From Barthelona sp. PCE (Eukaryota), in assembly GCA_040285745.1 (NCBI GenBank), contig JAUFOR010000006.1, positions 310,001 to 374,000 on the forward strand: DNA of 64,000 bases, read 5' to 3'. Below the pieces are notes generated by a model. The model saw only the letters and a program-made list of their open reading frames with translations. It made no database searches and had not been told where the DNA came from. Numbering within the stretch: position 1 is the first letter of the stretch; the number at the start of each line of letters is the position of its first letter. This document shows positions 31,381 to 40,652 of this stretch, piece after piece. Made by a program: the position numbers and the translations under genes.

Positions 31381-32036
31381 TAAAGTGATAAATATCGGTA
31401 AGGAATTAATGCGATATGGGGTTTGAGTAACATCTCCATTCCATTTTAGGACATTTCACTGGTTTTTTAATCTGAAATTATGCTAAAAGATTAAGTATGC
31501 CATAGTAAATTCACAATTCTTCATTCTTGTAGAATTATGCCTTTTCATTGTCCTTCTTGTGAACAGCACGAGACTGTATGCTAAATAGCCAAGCTTTCGC
31601 GAGGAGCAAAGTGAAAGTATTGCATCAAACGATTGCAATTCAAATTATTATCCAATACAACAATAAAATTGATTTTGAAGGTGACTCATGGTATCCCCAG
31701 CATGCTACATGGAATGAAGATTCTTTTGAATTGTTTAGTAAGCTAATACAACTGTGAAAAGGATGCATAATACATTTTTCAATATTTCGTATTAATAAGA
31801 CTGCAAATTCACACTGAAGCTACACAGATCACACATTTTGAACGATGTTATTTTCGTAAAGAAGTTGCACAATTGCAGGCAATTTGAAAACTCCAAGCAC
31901 AAATGAATTTCGGTTAGGTTTACAATGAAAACACACTTCACGTACCATATAGCGGAATTGTTCTGGAATGTATGTTGCTTTCAAAGGTTATTTTCATAAA
32001 CCAGCTTTCCACCTCTTTAAAAGTTCCTTTTCATAA

Positions 32037-33815
32037 ATGGAGACTCTTGACTGGACCATCTTTTGGGTATACATCGTTGTGATGATAGGACTCGGCTTCT
32101 ACCTCTCAAGAAAAAACAAATCCAATAAGTCATATTTCTTTGCTGGGCGTGATCAGAAGAGCGCTTTGGTCATTGGTGTATCAATTGCAGCCACTGCAAT
32201 GTCATCAGTTAACTATTCTAGCTTTCCAACCGAAATCTATGGGAATGGTATGTACGTAACGCTGTCACTGCCAATGTTTATCATTGTTGCCCTACCCCAG
32301 ATTAAATTCATTATTCCTTACTTTACAAACATGGATGAACCTTCAGCCTATAGCTTTTTGTCAAAGGTATTCAACCGTACCGTTCAAGCCGTTGTCTCTG
32401 TCGCTTACATTATCTGGAGAACAACATGGGCTGCTGTTGCCATGTACATTTGCGCTAAGGTGCTTGGTCTACTAGCTGATATTGAGCTTGTATATACCAT
32501 CTGGATTTGTGGTCTAGTATGTCTTGTGTACGCAGGTCTCGGCGGTCTGCGCGCCATTCTCGTGACTGATCTCATCCAAACCTGTGTTATGTGGGGTTCC
32601 GTGCTCATTGCCCTCATCATCACATCTTACCGTGCCAGCGGTTTCTTCTCGATGTTTAACGCTGGTGTCGACGCCGAAATGACGAAACCCTTTAGTCCCT
32701 TTGACTCAGACATATTTACCTTTGATTATACGGAACGTATCTCTGTCCTTTCTGCCTTCATTGGTGTCATGATTGCATTCATTGCCCGTTACGGTGTCGA
32801 TCAGATCATGATTGCAAAGTACATGGCCGCCAAGAACGAAAAGGTTGCAAAGAAGGGCTTCCACATTTCTTATATTGTAGCTCTTGTTATGCTTATCTCC
32901 CTTGCTATGCTTGCTTTTGCCATGCGCTGGCAAGCAGATGATACTGGTAAATCAGGCGGTCCTATCCCCGCCTTAAAGCACATGATTTTGCTGTTCCAAT
33001 CTTTCCCTCAAGGTTTTGCTGGATTACTCGCTGCGGGTCTGCTCGCCGCCGCGATGAGCTCAGTCGACTCTGCCGCCAACAGTTGCGCAAACGCCTTTGT
33101 CGTTGATATCTACGTTAATCTTTTCAAGAAGGACAAGAAGAAGAAGCCTTCCGTTTTATTATCGAAGGGAATGACTGTTGTTTTCTGTATCATTGGTATC
33201 CTCGTGGGGTGGTTGATCATTGCTGAAATGGAGAAATCCATCTTTGTTATTGCAAACAGAATTCTCAATGCTTTTGGTTCTCCTGTTCTTGCTGTCTTCA
33301 TCATTGCCATGTTTGACACTTTCGTTGATAATGTGTCTATCATTATCGGTGTCGTTTTCGGTGTCGGTGTCTCCATCTACAGTGCAGGTTACATTGATGA
33401 TATCGCCATTCACTTGTATGCTGCTATTGATTTAATCGCCACACTGGGCGCAGCATACCTTTCTGCCTTCATTCTTTGGGTATTAGAAAAGCGTGGTTGG
33501 TATAAGCGCCGATTCACTGAAGGTCGTGAAGCATTCCTGTTCAAGAACCGTAAAAACATCAAGATGGATGAAGAGATGAGAGCTCTTGATGTTCTAGTTG
33601 AATCAGATGTTTTAGATGAATCAGATGAAACAGATGTTGTAGAAGAAGCATTGGATGAGGTTGAAAATGTTGATGAAGAGGAAGTTCAAGAAGTTGTTGA
33701 TGATGAAGTCGCTGAAGAAGAATTGAATGAAAAAACAGTCACAGATGATGAAGATCTGGGTGAACAGGTCCCCGCAGAAGATATGAACGTAGAAGATGAA
33801 GATGTAACTCTTTAA
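32037..33815 (+). CDS. Sodium:solute symporter (SSS/SLC5), bacterial-like, with an acidic C-terminal tail
   Basis: LDWTIFWVY...YFFAGR...SIAATAMSS...YAGLGGLRAILVTDLIQ...DQIMIAKY...AAAMSSVDS. Confidence 0.92.
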   Translation: METLDWTIFWVYIVVMIGLGFYLSRKNKSNKSYFFAGRDQKSALVIGVSIAATAMSSVNYSSFPTEIYGNGMYVTLSLPMFIIVALPQIKFIIPYFTNMDEPSAYSFLSKVFNRTVQAVVSVAYIIWRTTWAAVAMYICAKVLGLLADIELVYTIWICGLVCLVYAGLGGLRAILVTDLIQTCVMWGSVLIALIITSYRASGFFSMFNAGVDAEMTKPFSPFDSDIFTFDYTERISVLSAFIGVMIAFIARYGVDQIMIAKYMAAKNEKVAKKGFHISYIVALVMLISLAMLAFAMRWQADDTGKSGGPIPALKHMILLFQSFPQGFAGLLAAGLLAAAMSSVDSAANSCANAFVVDIYVNLFKKDKKKKPSVLLSKGMTVVFCIIGILVGWLIIAEMEKSIFVIANRILNAFGSPVLAVFIIAMFDTFVDNVSIIIGVVFGVGVSIYSAGYIDDIAIHLYAAIDLIATLGAAYLSAFILWVLEKRGWYKRRFTEGREAFLFKNRKNIKMDEEMRALDVLVESDVLDESDETDVVEEALDEVENVDEEEVQEVVDDEVAEEELNEKTVTDDEDLGEQVPAEDMNVEDEDVTL

Positions 33816-33889
33816 TTAATTTTTGATTAATAAATTTTGTAACTCTTTTTTTACCCTTTTCATTCATCTTTTTTCATTATTCAAAGGGC

Positions 33890-35395
33890 ATGGACTACAT
33901 AAGAAGGCTCGACTTTGTTGATGCTGACGGGGACGATCTGATCTGTCCAATTTGCATGGATGTTCTTGATCTTGATTGTGTTGCCAGTGCTTGTCAGCAC
34001 ATCTTCTGTCGATCGTGTTTTGATGCCCTTGAGACGCATCAAGAGAACCCAACATGTCCTGTGTGTCGTTCCGTTGCGAAACCAATTTCGATTCCGGTAG
34101 CTTATTTCATGAAAATCCTTCGCACCTTACATGTACATTGCCCCAACAAAGCACAGGGTTGCGAATGGGAGGGAGAATATGCCGATATTGAAACGCATAT
34201 GAAAATGTGTGAAAGAGCTCTTATTCAATGTGATTACTGTAGTAGATCTTTCTCAAGGATTACATATCCCAGGCACACGGAAGTTTGTTCCATGCGAACC
34301 TTCAAATGCTGTTTTTGTGATGGGGAATTTTTGAAGAGCGAAAGTCACAACTTGTTGAACTGTTCCAAGTATAAAGAGTGTTCGCTATCTGGTTGCTTCT
34401 TACCGAAAGGACATCAGTGCCGTAATATTTCTCATTCTTATTTGATGGAATGTGCCATGAATAATAGTACAGGTCCTGGACTCTATTATGCAGTGGATGA
34501 AGAAGGGAAAAAAAGTGATGAAATCACTTCAGAACCTTCTAAATACGGCATTGTTCCTGGTATAAATTGTTGTGTTGCGTATTTATTTTATTACCTTCAA
34601 CCCAAAATAGCAGTAATAACATTCGATAATTCAACAGAGGAATATAAAGATGATCGTGGTATGGTTGTTAAAAGGGCTGATTTCTCACCTATATCTAGTG
34701 CATTCTATCTTAACAAAATTTTAAGATTTCCCTTAACCCGTAAACCCGCTGATTCGCGCATTAAAGTAGGTTCCATTGTTACGCTACCAAAGATTGAGAA
34801 CTTTAACTATTATCTCGTCAAAATTGGAGAATTAGGAACGGTAACTTCTATTGATGGAACCAAATGCTTCGTAACATTCCCTTCTTTCTATCAATTCGAA
34901 GTTGATATTTCTTTGCTTGTGCCCATAAAAGTAAGTAAGGGTATGCTTGCTGTACAATATAAACCATCATACAACATGCGCTTTGTCCGTAGAGACAGAG
35001 GTATTACTAAGGAGGAGCAAATCCGTACTCCAATGATTGGGGAGACTTTCCACTATTGTGACGTTCCGTTAAGAGTCACGGGGTATGATAAAACACATCC
35101 ACAGTTGTTAGAAGTCGATGGTATTCCTTTATCTTGTGAATTTCTTACCCCTTTTGTTTTTGAAAAAGGAAACCTTGTGCAAATCAAACTTCTTGATGAT
35201 ATAGAGCCCAGATTGGGGTGGGGCAGCCGGGTTGACAAGAACACAGTCCTCCAAGTTCAAGATGTTGTTTTGGAAAGAAATTTGCTTTGCTGCACCGTTT
35301 TTAAAGATGATAGTGAAGAGATTTTCCGTTGCTTCACATGGGAAGCGGAAATATGTACACATCTGAAGGGTGCTGCACTACAATTAAATATATAG
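33890..35395 (+). CDS. RING + TRAF-type zinc-finger E3 ligase-like protein with C-terminal SH3-like repeats
   Basis: CPIC..CQHIFCRSC..CPVCR (RING); VHCPNKAQGCEW..H..C..CDYC..H..C (TRAF fingers); FEKGNLVQIK..EPRLGWG. Confidence 0.85.
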   Translation: MDYIRRLDFVDADGDDLICPICMDVLDLDCVASACQHIFCRSCFDALETHQENPTCPVCRSVAKPISIPVAYFMKILRTLHVHCPNKAQGCEWEGEYADIETHMKMCERALIQCDYCSRSFSRITYPRHTEVCSMRTFKCCFCDGEFLKSESHNLLNCSKYKECSLSGCFLPKGHQCRNISHSYLMECAMNNSTGPGLYYAVDEEGKKSDEITSEPSKYGIVPGINCCVAYLFYYLQPKIAVITFDNSTEEYKDDRGMVVKRADFSPISSAFYLNKILRFPLTRKPADSRIKVGSIVTLPKIENFNYYLVKIGELGTVTSIDGTKCFVTFPSFYQFEVDISLLVPIKVSKGMLAVQYKPSYNMRFVRRDRGITKEEQIRTPMIGETFHYCDVPLRVTGYDKTHPQLLEVDGIPLSCEFLTPFVFEKGNLVQIKLLDDIEPRLGWGSRVDKNTVLQVQDVVLERNLLCCTVFKDDSEEIFRCFTWEAEICTHLKGAALQLNI

Positions 35396-35444
35396 AAAGA
35401 CCAAATAAAATGTTTCAATTTTATTTACTTTAATCATTTATTAA

Positions 35445-37295
35445 ATGAGATTTGGGCATTTTTTCTTTGAAAAAATTGTGCATCAGGAGTACCCTAATTC
35501 AAGATTCTGTCTGATTACATCCGGAAGAAGAGAAACATTAGCATTTACAAAGGAATTAACATTATATAGTCATGAACATGTTTCTCATTGTGAGGGGTTT
35601 CGTTTTTTCTGTGTTTCGACAAGAGCAACAGCTATTGAAACATTGAAAAAGATGAGAATAATAAGATGCATGAAATCAGTGGAAGACCATAACAATTCAG
35701 TAGTTTTAGCTTCTGAAAAACATCCTCAGCGCTTCATATTCCACTCTTTTCCTTCCTTTGCACTTGAATTTGGTCCTATTGAGCTACTTTTTCCAACAAT
35801 GCTCGTTTCTGTTCTTAATAATCATGAATTCATATACCACCATCCTCTCCATAAAGAAACAATGATACGTGAGTACAGTCAAGATTATTCGTCATATGAA
35901 GAATTTGATGCAAAAGAACTATGCATGCTCGGTGAAGTGTTACTTCACAATCAAATGCCTTTATTGTTTTGTGGTGGAATCTGCTTTGCTGAAGGTGCTT
36001 TTTTCTTCGAGGGAGGCCGTGTTGTACCATATAAAGTATTGCATTCAGTGTTTCTAAACCAAAGTGGTTGCATTGCTTTGTGCGAAATTGATCACGAGGA
36101 AAAGTTATGTGCAATCATTAATTCCATTGTTTACCCATTGAATTCCACCGACGTGCCATTGTCATGGCCCAAAACCGCTTTTTTATTATCCTGTACTGAA
36201 AATTTTGATTCTTTTTGTATTGTGATTGAAGATTGCGTTTTCACTGAGTACGGTTTTGATGCAGGTATACCTAAACTCCAACGTTTATATGCTTTGCAGT
36301 TTCAAGTTGACTCTGGGTTTGAACACGACAATTTTTATTATACAAATCGAATTTTCTCAATTGAACATGATACACATTTCCGTACTTTTAAACCACTTCC
36401 CAATAATTCTTTTTGCATAAACATTGTTTTTTCCTTCAGTAGTTTGTTTAACACTTTTTTAGACAGAGATAACTGGATTTTCAAACATAATTCAACGTTT
36501 ACTTTATATTGTCGAAGGAAAAATGAAATACATACATTTTGCAATGTTTTAAACACTTTTTCAAAAAAACTTTCAGTCATAACATTGCCCAATAGCGAAG
36601 GTAAATTCAAAATTGGATACTTTAAAAGCTTTGGTGTTCTGAAAATATTAAACCTATGTCAAGGGGAAATATTAAATCAGGAAGAACTGCATGGAGTTCA
36701 TAAAACAATTCTTTCTCATCCGTTAAAGCACTTTGCATATGTAATGGACAACTATACACTCATTATCAATGGTAATGAAATGAGGTTTGACGATTCCTTT
36801 ATTGCAATGATTATTGATGATTTTTTGTTCGTGACGGAACGTAGATGCCAAACTCAGGTCTATAAAATCAATGATGATGAAATATCATTTTTTAAACAGT
36901 TGGACAAATCGTATGATATGTGCAAATATTGTCCTTATGTTGGTATTGAACATGGAAACGCCGTTTTGTTTGATGAAGATTTTAATGTTACACACAGTAT
37001 TGATATTAAAACGTTTGGATTCAAATGGGCGTGGATTGGACCACGACTATTGTATAGTCGAGGAAATTTACATAGGTTAGGGTTTGAAGAGGGTGCGATT
37101 CACAGTATTGAAGCTGTGGGAATTCGATACGACTCAACAAGTATTGCATCATGGAAATTCAACCATAATACAAACGTTATGGACATGTCGATAACTAGAT
37201 TCAATGAATGTGGCATTTTTCAGGAGCAGGAATCTTTTGATATTTTTGATTTTACATCAAACGCGCAGATATTCAATTACCCAACTGTGTATTGA
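35445..37295 (+). CDS. Orphan ~600-aa beta-rich protein, expanded family member 4
   Basis: 616-aa ORF; KYCPY...WAWIGPRLLYSRGNLHRL. Confidence 0.78.
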   Translation: MRFGHFFFEKIVHQEYPNSRFCLITSGRRETLAFTKELTLYSHEHVSHCEGFRFFCVSTRATAIETLKKMRIIRCMKSVEDHNNSVVLASEKHPQRFIFHSFPSFALEFGPIELLFPTMLVSVLNNHEFIYHHPLHKETMIREYSQDYSSYEEFDAKELCMLGEVLLHNQMPLLFCGGICFAEGAFFFEGGRVVPYKVLHSVFLNQSGCIALCEIDHEEKLCAIINSIVYPLNSTDVPLSWPKTAFLLSCTENFDSFCIVIEDCVFTEYGFDAGIPKLQRLYALQFQVDSGFEHDNFYYTNRIFSIEHDTHFRTFKPLPNNSFCINIVFSFSSLFNTFLDRDNWIFKHNSTFTLYCRRKNEIHTFCNVLNTFSKKLSVITLPNSEGKFKIGYFKSFGVLKILNLCQGEILNQEELHGVHKTILSHPLKHFAYVMDNYTLIINGNEMRFDDSFIAMIIDDFLFVTERRCQTQVYKINDDEISFFKQLDKSYDMCKYCPYVGIEHGNAVLFDEDFNVTHSIDIKTFGFKWAWIGPRLLYSRGNLHRLGFEEGAIHSIEAVGIRYDSTSIASWKFNHNTNVMDMSITRFNECGIFQEQESFDIFDFTSNAQIFNYPTVY

Positions 37296-38974
37296 GGTTT
37301 AATCAGTTCTTCATTAACAAGTGCGAAATATGGGATACGGAATGCCTTACGTCCCGGGAACCATAATACGCGGTGAATTAGTGGTGTTTTCTCCAAAGAG
37401 ACACCCCAATGAATTTTAACAAGCCTGTATTGCTTACCAATCTCATCAATTAAGCTGTTCTCGGATTGATCAGGTACTTCGCTCTCAACTATGAAGTGGC
37501 AGTGTTCTATAGAAGTTATCCTCGTTGGTTCGAAAAGGTTTTCATCGTTCATGTGTTTAGGGATTGTAGAAGTGATGTCTTTCACCGTCTCTCCATCAGG
37601 GAAATATGCAGGAAGAAGGCCATCGAACCCGCTTTCGATCCAACGTAAGCGAACTGGAATGCCTTTGTATTCAGAAGGGAGTGCAAAGTGCGTTGGGAAT
37701 CTGTACCATTCCTTGCCAGTGCAGACGTTGATGCTGCCGTCTGGTGTGGGTAGGTACTCGTGAAGAGTCATCTCTCGACGTACGGCACCGTAAGCGCTGT
37801 TAATAGCGCTATGGTTATCATAAATAGCGAGCCATCTCGACAAAAAGAAGATCAGCGCTATAATAAACACAAATCGAACACCCCAAATGATAACTTGCTT
37901 AAAGAAGCCAATCACAACTGTCACGTATGTGAGGCCAAATGCAGCAATCAAAGAAAAAAGTCCGAGAGTTGGATACATGAACCTCTCTTCTTTGTGTGGC
38001 TGCAACATCATGAACAGAAACCAAACAGCAGCAGATGCGGCGATTGCGACAATTGATAACTTTCCTTCGAGCTTACGGCGCTGAAGAACAAAGACAAGAA
38101 GCATAAAGATACCTAAAAGAAGCAGAACAGCGATAGGTCCCAGGTTCAATGCCAGGTTCTTGATATAGTAGGACATAGGTTCTATTCCATATAACTCTGG
38201 ACCCTTCCCCTCACTGAGCACGTTGTATAGAACAATATTAAGAGGTGCAAGAACACCACGCTTAAAGTACGTGCTGTCAACCATGATGAGGACCATAGAC
38301 AGTGATATGGTACTTACAATAGTCACTAATGTGAAACGAATGAGAAGCCAAAATGACTTATGCTTGTATGCGATTGGTAAAATGGTCAAACACATCGGGA
38401 CAAATACAAGTCCGCTGAATGGCCAGCCCATGATCACGGAAAGGGAGGTGAGGAAAGGAACGACTAAGGGTTGATCGGTCAACAATCCTGTAGCAGCCAA
38501 CGTTACGCAATACATTGCAAACGACGAAGGGAGGAAGCTAATGGCTGCACGGTGCTGTAACGGGTTGACTAGGATCAGGAAGAAAAGATTTCTGGCGAAA
38601 CTATAAGATTTTGTACCTTTCTCCACAGCTCGACACAAAAGAACATCGCATATACTAGAAACAATGGCTAATGTGATCTGAACAGACTGAAAGACGGCCA
38701 TCTTGTTGTTAAAAATGGTTTTGGCCAGAAAAGCCAATGGTGTGTGGAGTAGTAAATAAAAGTATGAACGCAGCCCGTATTCCGGAGAGTATTCCCATGT
38801 TTGAAGACCATACTTGTACAGTAAGAGATGGAGAGGTTCATAGTAATTCATAGATTCATCGCAATCATCAATAACATAATAGAAACATAAAATAACACGA
38901 AGTAAAAACAAAAAGAAGAACGACACAATGGTATTGAACCAGTACTTGGGTGCTTCTTTGTTGTCCTCTGTCAT
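37277..38974 (-). CDS. ALG9: Dol-P-Man-dependent alpha-1,2-mannosyltransferase ALG9 (GT22)
   Basis: DCDESMNYYEPLH, LQTWEYSPEYGLRSY, FLPSSFAMY, GWPF, PHKEERFMYP, CTGKEWYRFP. Confidence 0.93.
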   Translation of the reverse strand: MTEDNKEAPKYWFNTIVSFFFLFLLRVILCFYYVIDDCDESMNYYEPLHLLLYKYGLQTWEYSPEYGLRSYFYLLLHTPLAFLAKTIFNNKMAVFQSVQITLAIVSSICDVLLCRAVEKGTKSYSFARNLFFLILVNPLQHRAAISFLPSSFAMYCVTLAATGLLTDQPLVVPFLTSLSVIMGWPFSGLVFVPMCLTILPIAYKHKSFWLLIRFTLVTIVSTISLSMVLIMVDSTYFKRGVLAPLNIVLYNVLSEGKGPELYGIEPMSYYIKNLALNLGPIAVLLLLGIFMLLVFVLQRRKLEGKLSIVAIAASAAVWFLFMMLQPHKEERFMYPTLGLFSLIAAFGLTYVTVVIGFFKQVIIWGVRFVFIIALIFFLSRWLAIYDNHSAINSAYGAVRREMTLHEYLPTPDGSINVCTGKEWYRFPTHFALPSEYKGIPVRLRWIESGFDGLLPAYFPDGETVKDITSTIPKHMNDENLFEPTRITSIEHCHFIVESEVPDQSENSLIDEIGKQYRLVKIHWGVSLEKTPLIHRVLWFPGRKAFRIPYFALVNEELIKPQYTVG

Positions 38975-39280
38975 CAAAAAAAAAAAGCAGAGAGAATGAG
39001 ATGAAAAATGTATAGCACATACCGCTCTTAGTTTAGTGGTTACTCAGCAGTGCTCCAGGAATAATGAGCTAAATATATCCTCCGCGTATTAAATATACAT
39101 CAATACACAAAGTATATGAGCAAAAAGAAAAATGCAATGAATTGGTTTTATCGACATTGAAAAACTTTTAAGGTTTTAAACTTTTCAGAAACACGACATC
39201 CACGCTTGCTATGGGAATCTGACCAGCTAAAAACAAGGATAATGTTTTCCCAATAACATCCCATTTCACTAGCATCAGAA

Positions 39281-40651
39281 ATGAGTTCTGACAAAGAAAA
39301 GGGCAACAAACCCGAGAATGAAGCTTTAGACGACGAAGATATCGCTTTATTTACTAAATTCGTATGTTTTTATACAGTTGGACCCTCACCTTTCAACAAT
39401 GTTGAATATAGCGTTTTCCTGTACAAAAAGAGAACACGACCAACTAACACCTAGTCGCGTGCGGCATATGCAGATGAAATCAAGGATCTTAGCAAAGAGC
39501 TAAGTGCTTTACATGAACAGATTAATAGTGTGTCGGGAGTCGTTGAAACAGACACAGGGCTTGGGCCTCCATCCACGTGGAACCTACAGCGCGACAAGAA
39601 GATTCTAGGGAGCGCTGCACCACTATTGGTAGGTCGAGTTTCAAAGCATCTTGAGCCAGAGGATCCTAAGGACGAACACAAGTATATCCTCCACCTTCTA
39701 CACTCAAAATTTGTTGTAGGTCTCAGTAAGGGTGTTTCAGAAATCGATATTCACGAACAAATGAGAGTTGGTGTTGAGAGACAGAACTTTGCAATCAAAC
39801 TACCCCTCCCACCCGTCATAGACCCTCTTGCATCAACTATGCAGGTGGAAGAACGACCTGACATCACCTATCTTGATGTGGGTGGTTGTTCAGAACAAAT
39901 TGAACAAGTACGGGAGGTCGTAGAGGCATCTATCAAGCACCCTGAACGGTTTGCCAATCTGGGCATTGACCCCCCCAAGGGTGTTCTCTTTTATGGTCCT
40001 CCCGGTACAGGAAAGACCCTGCTTGCTAGGGCTGTCGCTAATGCCAGTGATGCAACATTCATCCGTGTTATTGGATCGCAGCTTGTGCAGCGTTACATTG
40101 GCCAGGGTGCGCGTCTTGTGAGAGAGATCTTCAAACTTGCACGTTCCAAACCCGCAGCCGTAGTTTTCTTCGATGAAGTTGATGCGTTCGGTACTACCCG
40201 CTTCAGCCAATCTGATTCAAGCGACAACGAAGTCCAGCGCACAATGATGGAGCTCCTAAACCAATTAGATGGTTTCGATCCGCGTGGTAACGTAAAAATC
40301 TTGATGGCTACAAACAGACCCGATACTTTAGACCCTGCGTTGACAAGGCCTGGTCGTCTTGACAGAAAGATTGAGTTTGGCCTGCCGGATTTGGAAGGAA
40401 GAACTCACATCTTCAGAATTCATACTGCCACTATGTCGGTGGAGAAGGGGGTCCGTTTTGATTTACTAGCTAGGCTTTGTGCAACTGCGACAGGCGCAGA
40501 CATCAAGTCTGTATGTACAGAAGCAGGTATGTTTGCCATCCGTGACCGTAGGAAGATTATTAAAGAGGAGGATTTCATAGCTGCCATTAACAAGGTTTTA
40601 AAGGAACAGGCACGCTTCTCAGCAACAGCGAAATACCTTATGCATCAATAA
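39281..40651 (+). CDS. PSMC2: 26S proteasome AAA-ATPase Rpt1 (PSMC2); exons 39281-39361 and 39455-40651, 425 aa
   Basis: Spliced [17 protein letters not shown]...[49 protein letters not shown]. Confidence 0.93.
39362..39454 (+). other. Spliceosomal intron, 93 nt, phase 0
   Basis: GTATGT...ACTAACACCTAG; removal joins the conserved Rpt1 N-terminus in frame. Confidence 0.92.
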
Positions 40652-40652
40652 A

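Noticed and set aside
31381..32036. Riboswitch upstream of the symporter
   Set aside because: No TPP or other recognisable aptamer consensus found by eye
39014..39070. TAGTTTAGTGG, similar to a tRNA A-box/D-arm
   Set aside because: No T-arm GTTCRA, anticodon arm or acceptor stem
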